Shown here piece by piece: positions 9,104 to 17,054 of a DNA stretch of 52,401 nucleotides. Within the stretch, counting starts at the first letter, position 1; every line of letters begins with the position of its first letter. The notes under the pieces were generated by a model. It searched no databases, was not told the origin of the DNA, and saw only the letters and a list, made by a program, of their open reading frames with translations. The translations under genes and the position numbers were made by a program. This stretch comes from Escherichia phage vB_EcoM_4HA13, in the sequence record NC_049466.2; one strand, 5' to 3'.

Positions 9104-9121
9104 ATTCCAATAGGAGCATCT

Positions 9122-9403
9122 ATGGAATATCACAAACTACCCGAACATATTGAGCATCTAAAGGCAAAACTTGTCAAAGCTCGTGAACTTTATTCAGAAG
9201 TTGCGCACAAAGAAAATCTGCATACGGCTGGGAAGGTTGAAATCACACTCAACGCAGCTGGTTATTATGGTAAATGTTATATTTCTGGTGAAGCATTGCG
9301 TAAGCTTGTTCATGCTGAAATCGCAGAGCTGGAACAGAAACTGGGCAGCGCTGAAGAACAGCACAAAGTTTTGGAAAAGGTTGCTGTCGGGCTTATTAAA
9401 TAA
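9122..9403 (+). CDS. Hypothetical protein
   Basis: AGGAG RBS. Confidence 0.5.
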   Translation: MEYHKLPEHIEHLKAKLVKARELYSEVAHKENLHTAGKVEITLNAAGYYGKCYISGEALRKLVHAEIAELEQKLGSAEEQHKVLEKVAVGLIK

Positions 9404-9469
9404 GTATTAGTATGCCCCATACCTCAGCAAGTAACTCGATTCATGAATGTTTTAAATCTGGAGTAAATC

Positions 9470-10003
9470 ATGGATTCACAAGTAATAATTGACCAGCTTA
9501 ACCGCGAAGTCAAAGATAAAACTCTGCTTATCCGTTTACATAATTTGCAGAATGGGACTGATATTTGGATTGATGGACTGTGTTGGCGTCTGTATGACTT
9601 CGATTTAGTTGATTACTTCAAAGAAGAGTTCGGCATTGAGATTGATTTACCGTTATCTTTCGATGTTTTGAAATCAGACAATGATTTCATTAACGAAGTG
9701 TGTTTCGGCAAGGTGTTTAAGCAACAAGTTTACGATGATGTAAATGGTCTGCTGGTTAACTATTCTGAAGATGCAATCCGTGAAGGTTTAGACTTAGGAG
9801 TTTCGGCAGAAAACTTTGCAGAAGCGTACAAAGGCCATTACGCAAACTTTATTTCGTTTGCAACTGGCATCTTTGACGAACTCGAACGTCCTGAATTGCC
9901 TGAGCGCTATCGAGACTGGATTGATTACGAGAAATATGCTGAGTGTTTGGAACAACAATACTACTTCGCAAATGGACATGTATTCGATGCAACGTATCTT
10001 TAG
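9470..10003 (+). CDS. ArdA-like acidic anti-restriction protein (tentative)
   Basis: Acidic 177-aa protein; C-terminal WIDYEKYA...YYFANGHVF resembles the ArdA C-terminus as recalled from memory. Confidence 0.5.
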   Translation: MDSQVIIDQLNREVKDKTLLIRLHNLQNGTDIWIDGLCWRLYDFDLVDYFKEEFGIEIDLPLSFDVLKSDNDFINEVCFGKVFKQQVYDDVNGLLVNYSEDAIREGLDLGVSAENFAEAYKGHYANFISFATGIFDELERPELPERYRDWIDYEKYAECLEQQYYFANGHVFDATYL

Positions 10004-10253
10004 TGCGGACTGGTTACAGCCCGGTGAAGTAATTTTCCACGAACCCCGTGGGCATTATTATGAATTACTTCATCGAACTTTAATTAAGTCTGACGTAAAA
10101 GGTGGAAGCTGGTCGAAAGGCTGGTGCTACCAAGAAGTGAAATCGGTGGAAGTGTTGAAGAATTGTATTCGACATGAACCACCAGCGGGAGAAGTTTATT
10201 CCCGACCGAACGAATTGTTCGACGAAGATTGGCGACTTGTTACTCCAGTGTAG
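9972..10253 (+). CDS. Hypothetical protein
   Basis: In-frame ATGs overlapping the end of the upstream gene; start uncertain. Confidence 0.35.
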   Translation: MDMYSMQRIFSADWLQPGEVIFHEPRGHYYELLHRTLIKSDVKGGSWSKGWCYQEVKSVEVLKNCIRHEPPAGEVYSRPNELFDEDWRLVTPV

Positions 10254-10383
10254 TTCCAAGCTGGAACCTTGATGTTCCAAGCGGGTTTGTAACTCGTTTG
10301 GGACTTCTTCTGACCCTTCGGCATTAGTAGGAAGTGCATCGGAGAAGTTTCCAAATCAATTAAAGCCACAACTGCATTATACA

Positions 10384-10500
10384 GAATGTGTCAAAATTCT
10401 GTCAAGAAATATTCCAAATATTCCACGCCAAAGGAATAGCGGAATAATAAATAATTTATTCTAATTATTATTAAATTTTGGAATATTGGAATAATATTGA
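10384..10500. repeat. AT-rich iteron-like cluster (AATATTCCA / TGGAATA units)
   Basis: Tandem and inverted copies of AATATTCCA directly upstream of motif copy P3. Confidence 0.5.
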
Positions 10501-10520
10501 AACATTAGTTGGAAGAAAGA
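10498..10520 (+). promoter_or_regulatory. Conserved motif copy P3 (GAAACATTAGTTGGAAGAAAG)
   Basis: Intergenic; followed by a long hairpin. Confidence 0.5.
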
Positions 10521-10526
10521 AACAAC

Positions 10527-10614
10527 ATCTTGAAGCATTCTTGTAACTTGGTAGTCCGTCCGGCGCCGTGACGTGTGAGAATGTTCGAATCATTCTACAA
10601 GAGTGCTTCAAGAT
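10527..10614 (+). ncRNA. Long imperfect hairpin with tRNA T-arm-like apex (GAATG-TTCGAAT-CATTC); candidate RNase III site or tRNA-like element
   Basis: 19-bp inverted repeat 10527-10545 / 10596-10614 with one mismatch; apical 5-bp stem with 7-nt loop TTCGAAT. Confidence 0.4.
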
Positions 10615-11327
10615 GGAATGTTTCCATCAATGTCCCGAGTATCTTGGTATCCGTTAGCAAGAACTCACAACCTAAACTTACAGTATAATCTGGCAGGTTA
10701 TCCACATAGGTTTTACGACATGTAGGGTTATTGATTTAGTTTAGACGCTATATCAATCGAACTTAGTACGAATAAGCAAGCTGATAGGGCTGAATAATTA
10801 GAGGTAATGACCTCATGCTTATGATTGTCGGTTCACAAAATTTGTATGGCTCATGTTAATTGGTTTTGAAGGAAGTTCAACTCACAATTATAGACCTTGA
10901 GCCAACATCAAATTGCTCTTATAGAGATACAGGAGATACGTATCACCGCTATTTGTTTCGCCTGACTAACGAAACAGAGAATGTGACAAAGGCTAGTCAC
11001 TGGAGTGTCGGCCTGTATCACTATAAGGGTAATTCCTGCAAGCCAGCCAGCGCCAGCCAAGCGCTACGGCATAAAGAGTGTGATTATATGGGTGGTGGTT
11101 TGCGTGTCTCAGACGTTACGGTGTTGCGCACAATGGCGCATCCTCAGAGTTCCTGTATCGCTTGAGTTGGGGCGCAAGTCTTCACCCACATAATCATACA
11201 GAATTGGAACAAACGCTTGGCAGTGGCTTGAATTTCGGGCTATTTGTGCAAGTCTGTGGTCTACTTTCAGTGGGCTAAAAGATAGAGAAACGTCACATTA
11301 ATTGAATCGAAAATTGGAGACATTCCT

Positions 11328-11627
11328 ATGATTCGTAAACATTCAGCAAGGGTTATAAAAGCAAAGAATGTACACACCGGAGAGATTGAAGCTTACGCTT
11401 TAATTGGTGGTGTATATTTTCTTGCTGGCTGGGAGAAATCCTATAAAAATCCTGGATTCAGTTTTATCGGACTAAATGACGAAACTGCATCATTGTTCGA
11501 AGAACGTGTTAAGTATTCTGCAAGCTTCTTGGAGTATTCGTTTGGTAAATCCATCAAACAACTGCTTTCCAAATCTTTCATTCACGAGTGGACTACCAAA
11601 CAGGAAGTCTACGGAGTTCCATTTTGA
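11328..11627 (+). CDS. Hypothetical protein
   Basis: ATG with GGAG RBS after about 1 kb of non-coding DNA. Confidence 0.5.
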   Translation: MIRKHSARVIKAKNVHTGEIEAYALIGGVYFLAGWEKSYKNPGFSFIGLNDETASLFEERVKYSASFLEYSFGKSIKQLLSKSFIHEWTTKQEVYGVPF

Positions 11628-11932
11628 AACGCAAAACTTTGAAACAAAAGCTCCGTGCACAGGTTCGTAAAACAAACGAACTTCGTAAGCAGGAGCATGA
11701 ACAAGCCGGAATTACAATCAACTTTGAACTTGCAGCAATGCAGTCAGTTGGTATGGCTCACGGCATCATGGCTACAATGATTCATGCCAAGAATCTGTTG
11801 GGCGAAAATGATTCTAAATATCACGAAATTCGTGACACGGCGCAGGAACGTATTGCACAGTGCGTTGTAGCATTAGTTGGAATGGGTATTCCTGCTGATG
11901 TAGTTAATCAGCGTATTGTGCAAGGTCATTAA
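11588..11932 (+). CDS. Hypothetical protein (start uncertain, GTG)
   Basis: Open frame overlapping upstream gene end; contains an internal promoter-motif-like copy at 11871-11883. Confidence 0.35.
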   Translation: MDYQTGSLRSSILKRKTLKQKLRAQVRKTNELRKQEHEQAGITINFELAAMQSVGMAHGIMATMIHAKNLLGENDSKYHEIRDTAQERIAQCVVALVGMGIPADVVNQRIVQGH

Positions 11933-11934
11933 CT

Positions 11935-12606
11935 ATGGCATTCGAGCAAGATAAAGAAATTGCGCTCGAAACTTGTAAACAGTGGCTTGAAGATAACGAT
12001 GCAGCGTATCTTGCAAAGGAAGATGTTATCATTTTCTGGACGCATTTTAATCCTGAGTCTAAACGTGGCGAGTGGTCACGATATAAGATGAAGGAAGCCT
12101 GTCGAGTTATTAAAGCCACTCGTGCAGGTTTCGCTGCAATGCGATTCATTAAGCCAGAACTGATTATGATGGCGGCTCAGGAAACCGAACGCGCCTACAA
12201 ACAGTCAGTTAAGTCTCGTTCCACAGTTCCATCTGAGTTCTTTAACTTGGAGCGCAGCGGTCACTTCAACAATTTAGAAATGTTGACAATGTGCATGTTG
12301 CAGGAATTAGTTGGAAGGGGATGGAACGTAGAAGCAATTTGCCTTGGAAAGCTTATGAAAAAGCTATTCGAAACAAAAGGCTTTACGTCCCCAAGCCGAA
12401 TGCTACGCTGGAAGCTGCTAAGGGCAGTCGCTGAAGAAGCGGGTGTAGTTATTCGGGATAGAACGAATCGAATCACTGTAACAGGTGTTGGACGGTTTGT
12501 GGCTATTCAAATCGAAGGAGTAAATGACTCCATTAAGGTTGAGTTCACCGTTGAAGAAACGCAGGACTTAATCACCGAATCAGTCAAACGATTTAATTTG
12601 ATTTAA
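11935..12606 (+). CDS. Hypothetical protein (223 aa)
   Basis: ATG 2 nt after upstream stop. Confidence 0.55.
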   Translation: MAFEQDKEIALETCKQWLEDNDAAYLAKEDVIIFWTHFNPESKRGEWSRYKMKEACRVIKATRAGFAAMRFIKPELIMMAAQETERAYKQSVKSRSTVPSEFFNLERSGHFNNLEMLTMCMLQELVGRGWNVEAICLGKLMKKLFETKGFTSPSRMLRWKLLRAVAEEAGVVIRDRTNRITVTGVGRFVAIQIEGVNDSIKVEFTVEETQDLITESVKRFNLI

Positions 12607-12631
12607 TTCGTTTGTAAATAAGAGCAGTTCT

Positions 12632-12654
12632 GAAACATTAGTTGGAATTGATTC
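12632..12654 (+). promoter_or_regulatory. Conserved motif copy P4 (GAAACATTAGTTGGAATTGATTC)
   Basis: Best match to the consensus; intergenic, upstream of the acidic gene. Confidence 0.5.
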
Positions 12655-12729
12655 TTAGAGAAATTCTTCTCAAACTTTTATCGTAAATCGGCAAAAATCG
12701 CCGCCCAATTTATATAAGGTATTAAAGCA

Positions 12730-13089
12730 ATGGCTAAAGTAGTCACAGTAACTCAGTACGAAGCACAAGACGGTTCCCTGTTTCTGACCGAACACGAGTG
12801 TGATGCACACGATTTCAAACTGGAAAACGGTGCGAAAATCGATGTTATGGCTGAAGCGTTCCTGAACACCGTCGGTGCAATCGACCGTTCTCGTAACATG
12901 CAGAAAAATGTAATCGAAGCGTTCCTGGCCTTCACCCTGCCGCGTCTGGCTGCTGGTACTGAGCTGGAACCGGTTGAACGTACCAAGTTCGACACCCCGA
13001 AAGCAGAGAAAGAAGTGGTTGAAGGCGCAGCCGAAGTTGCAGCCGAAGCGGTTGACGGCGCAGTTGGCGACGAACCTTCAGTATTCTAA
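12730..13089 (+). CDS. Highly acidic small protein; candidate host-takeover or DNA-mimic protein
   Basis: Acidic C-terminal tail EVVEGAAEVAAEAVDGAVGDEPSVF; codon choice typical of highly expressed E. coli genes; sits between motif P4 and a hairpin. Confidence 0.6.
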   Translation: MAKVVTVTQYEAQDGSLFLTEHECDAHDFKLENGAKIDVMAEAFLNTVGAIDRSRNMQKNVIEAFLAFTLPRLAAGTELEPVERTKFDTPKAEKEVVEGAAEVAAEAVDGAVGDEPSVF

Positions 13090-13110
13090 ATCGATCTGGT
13101 CGGCGGCGCA

Positions 13111-13134
13111 AGTAGGGTAGATGCCCTACTTTAG
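13111..13134 (+). terminator. Weak terminator-like hairpin (AGTAGGG-loop-CCCTACT)
   Basis: 7-bp stem then a short TTT; U-tract is short. Confidence 0.3.
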
Positions 13135-13471
13135 CAAAGTCACTTTGAATCCCATTCCTAATTGGAGTGGGCTTCAATTTGTGCATAATCCAAACACCAT
13201 TACATGAGCTTTCGACGGTAAGCAATGTTGGGAAATTTGTTGTGTACAAATTGAAGTAGTTTTCTGAGTCTTACGACGGGCCTAAACTGCCTGAAGTTAT
13301 TGTGACTGTTTTATTCATTTAAAATAAATGCAAACGATTCTGAAATGCGTGTAGCAGCTTAATTAAATTTAAGAAGCTCTCCGTGGTCTTTCGATTCCAT
13401 GTAAACAAATTCGACGCATTGTGTCTCCGTGATGTGATTAATAAAACGGAGTTCAAATTAAAGAGGTATCC

Positions 13472-13903
13472 ATGAACAAGTTAACAGCCTATAACATTGC
13501 AAAGTTGAGGTCTGAAATAAATTGGACTGTAGACAAAGATGGCTACAGGTGTGCTACTGTAAATGGGTACACAGTCAGGAGGCATATATTAAACTTTTAC
13601 ATAAAGTTTGGTTGGCTGCCTGAATATGTAGACCATATTGACAATACTCCAGGAAATGATTGGCCTGAAAACTTAAGAGCAGCAACCGCATCACAAAATG
13701 CCTGCAACTCTAAAATAAGGTCAGATAACACTAGCGGTGTTAAAGGAGTATCTTGGGATTCCTCAAGAAACAGATGGAGAGCAAGAGTAAAGGTCAATGG
13801 CCAAACTCAATCAGTGGGAAGATTTGAGACAATCGAAGAAGCCACAGAAGCTATCCATTCTGCAAGAAAGGTTCTACACAAACATTTTGCCCGCTGTGAT
13901 TAA
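13472..13903 (+). CDS. Free-standing HNH homing endonuclease with AP2-like DNA-binding domain
   Basis: HNH core VDHIDNTPGNDWPENL...SQNACN; AP2-like GVKGVSWDSSRNRWRARVKVNG; codon usage is AT-rich compared with neighbours. Confidence 0.65.
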   Translation: MNKLTAYNIAKLRSEINWTVDKDGYRCATVNGYTVRRHILNFYIKFGWLPEYVDHIDNTPGNDWPENLRAATASQNACNSKIRSDNTSGVKGVSWDSSRNRWRARVKVNGQTQSVGRFETIEEATEAIHSARKVLHKHFARCD

Positions 13904-14015
13904 TAATGGGGCATACTTCAATGAGTGTCTTATTATTAGAGTTGGGAGGTAGGTCGATGCCCAAGCTCGTGGCCCAGATAGGGCACTCTTTGAAGTATTC
14001 TAATTTGGAGAAGTT

Positions 14016-14312
14016 ATGAAAGTTGTAGACGATAACAAAGTTGACAAGGTTGACGTTTTAAGCATTGCTTTGGGTGATTGTTTCGAAGCCAACGATATGG
14101 TATTTCTGCGTATTGTGGAAGTTGAAATGATGCATCTGACAGACGGTGTAACATTGCGCAATGTTGTTGGAACTCGAGTGGAAGATGGAACATATTTCTG
14201 CATTCCTGACTACACTCCAGAATCAGTAAATTCAAGAATGGTTAAACCAGTGTGCGCCAACGTGGTAATTACTGGTAATCCTAAACTTGTGGATTTGACA
14301 AAGGTCGAGTAA
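14016..14312 (+). CDS. Hypothetical protein
   Basis: GGAGAAG RBS. Confidence 0.5.
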   Translation: MKVVDDNKVDKVDVLSIALGDCFEANDMVFLRIVEVEMMHLTDGVTLRNVVGTRVEDGTYFCIPDYTPESVNSRMVKPVCANVVITGNPKLVDLTKVE

Positions 14313-14444
14313 GCAAGTTGCCTGAGAAATAGGATATTCTGGACCATCAATCCGCTGGCAATACAGGCACTTAATAAGTGTGTCTATCCTAATTCTACAA
14401 GCCTCGCAGTTTTCAGTCTGCGATATCAAAACTGTCCAAACAAC

Positions 14445-14545
14445 GTCTGCTGGACTCCGAATTGTAGCGGAGGTATTGGGTACGTCCATCTGCCTCGCAG
14501 ACAATACCAATATGTCACCGGGTTCAAGTCCCGGAGCAGGCACCA
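14445..14545 (+). ncRNA. tRNA-like element (acceptor stem, T-arm, encoded ACCA); not a canonical cloverleaf by eye
   Basis: GTCTGCT pairs with AGCAGGC; T-arm CCGGG-TTCAAGT-CCCGG; ends ...AGCAGGC-A-CCA. The region between D-arm and T-arm is about 45 nt, too long for a standard tRNA. Confidence 0.3.
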
Positions 14546-14748
14546 AACAATAGGGATTTCCATGTATGCTGTCAAATGTTGCAACGTTTCTGACAGTGGT
14601 AAGATGGCCTCAGAAAGAAAGTATAAGTATGCAGAACGGTTCGATTCCGTGAATCCCTCCAAATTAGGTGCAGTACCTGTTACGACGACAAGCTCAGATA
14701 ACGCAAAAGGTTCGTATCACACTGCACCATTCTATTACAGGAATTACA

Positions 14749-15003
14749 ATGAGCATTAAATCAATTTTAGTTGGTATTGGTGCATTCATTGCACTTCTGT
14801 TTGCAGCATTCTTCAAGGGACGTTCCAGCGGAAAGCAGGAAGTTCAACGAGAAGTTGTCAAAGAGCAAACGAAAGCTGTTGAGGAGGTTGCTCAAGAGCG
14901 AGTAGAAAATGTTAGGGTGGCTAACCGTGTTCTACAAGAAGTTGTTATATCTAGCGATACAAAAGTTGATAAGGAACTCAACGACGAGTGGACGAGAGGA
15001 TGA
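14749..15003 (+). CDS. i-spanin (Rz-like)
   Basis: N-terminal TM helix then a charged coiled-coil-like region; directly followed by a lipoprotein gene. Confidence 0.5.
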   Translation: MSIKSILVGIGAFIALLFAAFFKGRSSGKQEVQREVVKEQTKAVEEVAQERVENVRVANRVLQEVVISSDTKVDKELNDEWTRG

Positions 15004-15233
15004 AGAAATCTTACGCGCCTATTGTTGGTATTCTTGGTATCCTTTTGATTTCGTGTTCGACACCGAGCGTGCCTCCAAACAAGTTAGTAAATGGATATTG
15101 CGATATTGCAAGTCCAATCCTACTGCTGAAATCCGAAATTCCTTTGCTCTCATTGGGGAGCAAACAACAAGTTCTTGCCCACAATAAAATGTGGAAAGAA
15201 AAGTGTTCGACGGAACTTACCCGACAAAAGTAG
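15000..15233 (+). CDS. o-spanin (Rz1-like outer-membrane lipoprotein)
   Basis: Signal peptide with lipobox LISC, Pro-rich mature part; ATGA overlap with i-spanin. Start could alternatively be the GTG at 14988. Confidence 0.5.
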   Translation: MKKSYAPIVGILGILLISCSTPSVPPNKLVNGYCDIASPILLLKSEIPLLSLGSKQQVLAHNKMWKEKCSTELTRQK

Positions 15234-16117
15234 TGACGTCAACAAATGGTATCAGCTAGACGGTGGTGTAAAAGACTGACCGTGGCGACGACGCCATATT
15301 GCTCTGGGCATAACAGTTGAAATTGCTGCCTCCTAGGATTGGAACGTCCCGCTACACATCGTTAGGGTGAGAAGGTTAGTCCACCGATACAAAGGCTTGC
15401 GGCTTACACCGGCCAAAGAAGAAAACGGTGTGCTTGAGAACGAAGCTCCGATGACCCCGTAAAGTCAACGTAATGAACACGAGACGTTCAGGTGTCCTCT
15501 TCCTAAAACAGAACGACGAGAACAAACTCGTAATCAGTTGCGGCAACGTGGTCCGGTCAAAGAACAATGAGCCACAGGTTTCCAAGCATCCGTAAAAGCA
15601 TGGCGTAGTTGACGCGTTAAGCACGAATAGCCCACGTTACGGGCCACAGAATTTGGAACTTGGTATCTGTAATGCGTCGTATTACGAATCATGAAAGCCG
15701 CACATAAGAGTGTGTAGACACATGGACTTAATAGAGGCAGATAAAATAACCAAGTTCCATACCGAAAACCTCCTGCTGGTTATTCTTCCAGATTAATAAA
15801 AGAAATAAGAAGCGTCTGGCATAGTGTAGCGATACACCTTAGTTGCGCTGATTGTGAAGTGTCGAAAAGGTTTCGGCCTGTTTGGGTTTCTCCTCATCCC
15901 GAAGTTTGAGTAATCGACTACTCAATGTTCCTAATCACATGAAATATGCAAGGCAGGGTTCTTGATAAAGTTTACTAATTCTTTATCAGGCGGGTTTAGC
16001 GATTTTCCCGGAAGGTCTCCCATAATGCGGAATTGTATATTGACTAAGCCGAAATAAATATACTCAGTTTCCAGTCTGAACAAAACTGGAATCAAATTAA
16101 CTTTAACTGGAGTTGTT

Positions 16118-16387
16118 ATGAACAGAAATTACGAACTTGTTATCCCACCTGCACCACAGCCAGAAATGGTATTGCGTGATAAAATTGCTACAATTGTTTA
16201 CGAACAAATACTTGTAGACAATAAAATGCGGGATATTGTGTGTATTGATGAAGCATCTTTGAAACATATCTCAAAGGGTATCGCCAAGATTGCACATGAT
16301 TTTGCCGATGACTTTATGCGCGAACGTTATGAACGTATGTGTGTTAAAGCAACTGGTATTAACCTCGAAGATTTAGTAAAGAAATAA
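16118..16387 (+). CDS. Hypothetical protein
   Basis: GGAG RBS; first gene after the 884-bp non-coding island. Confidence 0.5.
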   Translation: MNRNYELVIPPAPQPEMVLRDKIATIVYEQILVDNKMRDIVCIDEASLKHISKGIAKIAHDFADDFMRERYERMCVKATGINLEDLVKK

Positions 16388-16422
16388 TGTAAAAACAAAT
16401 TTCAGTAGAACTCGTAGACCAT

Positions 16423-17040
16423 ATGGGTTCGGACTTAACAGCAGTTAATGCTGCACGAGTCTCTTATGGTGCGGAGTCTAAAACGCTAACAAAACGCGAC
16501 TCCCACCTTCTGTCGTTTCTGGCAGAACATGAGCACGTAACACCTTTCCGCCACGCAGCAGTAACATTACGCTGCAAAGCGCCAATCTTCTTGGCGCGAC
16601 AATTGGGCAAGCATCAGGTTGGCTTTAGTTGGAACGAGATTTCTCGCCGCTATAAAGATGGTGATGCAATCGAAGTTGAATGCTACGTTCCTGAGTATGT
16701 TATGGCACGTCCTGATAAACTTATGACTCAGTGTGCAAGACATATGCCAGCAGATATTGCCGACGAAATGCGCATGTATATAAACAATGCTGCTAAGTCA
16801 GCAGTTCGCGAATATCAGGCATTAATTGGATTTGGAGTTGCACCAGAGCAAGCTAGAATGGTGTTACCTCAATCAATGATGACTGAATGGATTTGGACTG
16901 GCTCTCTCTATGGTTGGGCATCCATGTACAATCAGCGTTCCACTGAACACGCTCAATATGAAGCTCGCCTGTTTGCAGAAGAAGTTTCAAAAGTCATGTC
17001 AGAACTTTTCCCAATTTGCTGGGCGGAGTTGATTAAATAA
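16423..17040 (+). CDS. thyX: ThyX-like flavin-dependent thymidylate synthase (tentative)
   Basis: N-terminal AARVSYG and an ...S-x-NE-x-S-RRY segment resemble ThyX motifs; the canonical RHR is not intact. Confidence 0.5.
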   Translation: MGSDLTAVNAARVSYGAESKTLTKRDSHLLSFLAEHEHVTPFRHAAVTLRCKAPIFLARQLGKHQVGFSWNEISRRYKDGDAIEVECYVPEYVMARPDKLMTQCARHMPADIADEMRMYINNAAKSAVREYQALIGFGVAPEQARMVLPQSMMTEWIWTGSLYGWASMYNQRSTEHAQYEARLFAEEVSKVMSELFPICWAELIK

Positions 17041-17054
17041 TTTAAGGAATAGAA

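Noticed and set aside
10579-10595. Canonical tRNA gene at the T-arm-like GAATG-TTCGAAT-CATTC
   Set aside because: Only about 33 nt lie between the putative acceptor strand and the T-arm, too few for D and anticodon arms, and no CCA follows; kept as a hairpin apex.
10860-11165. 101-aa + strand track ORF
   Set aside because: Starts at TTG with no Shine-Dalgarno sequence and lies in a repeat- and hairpin-rich non-coding region; the only in-frame ATG gives a 25-aa peptide.
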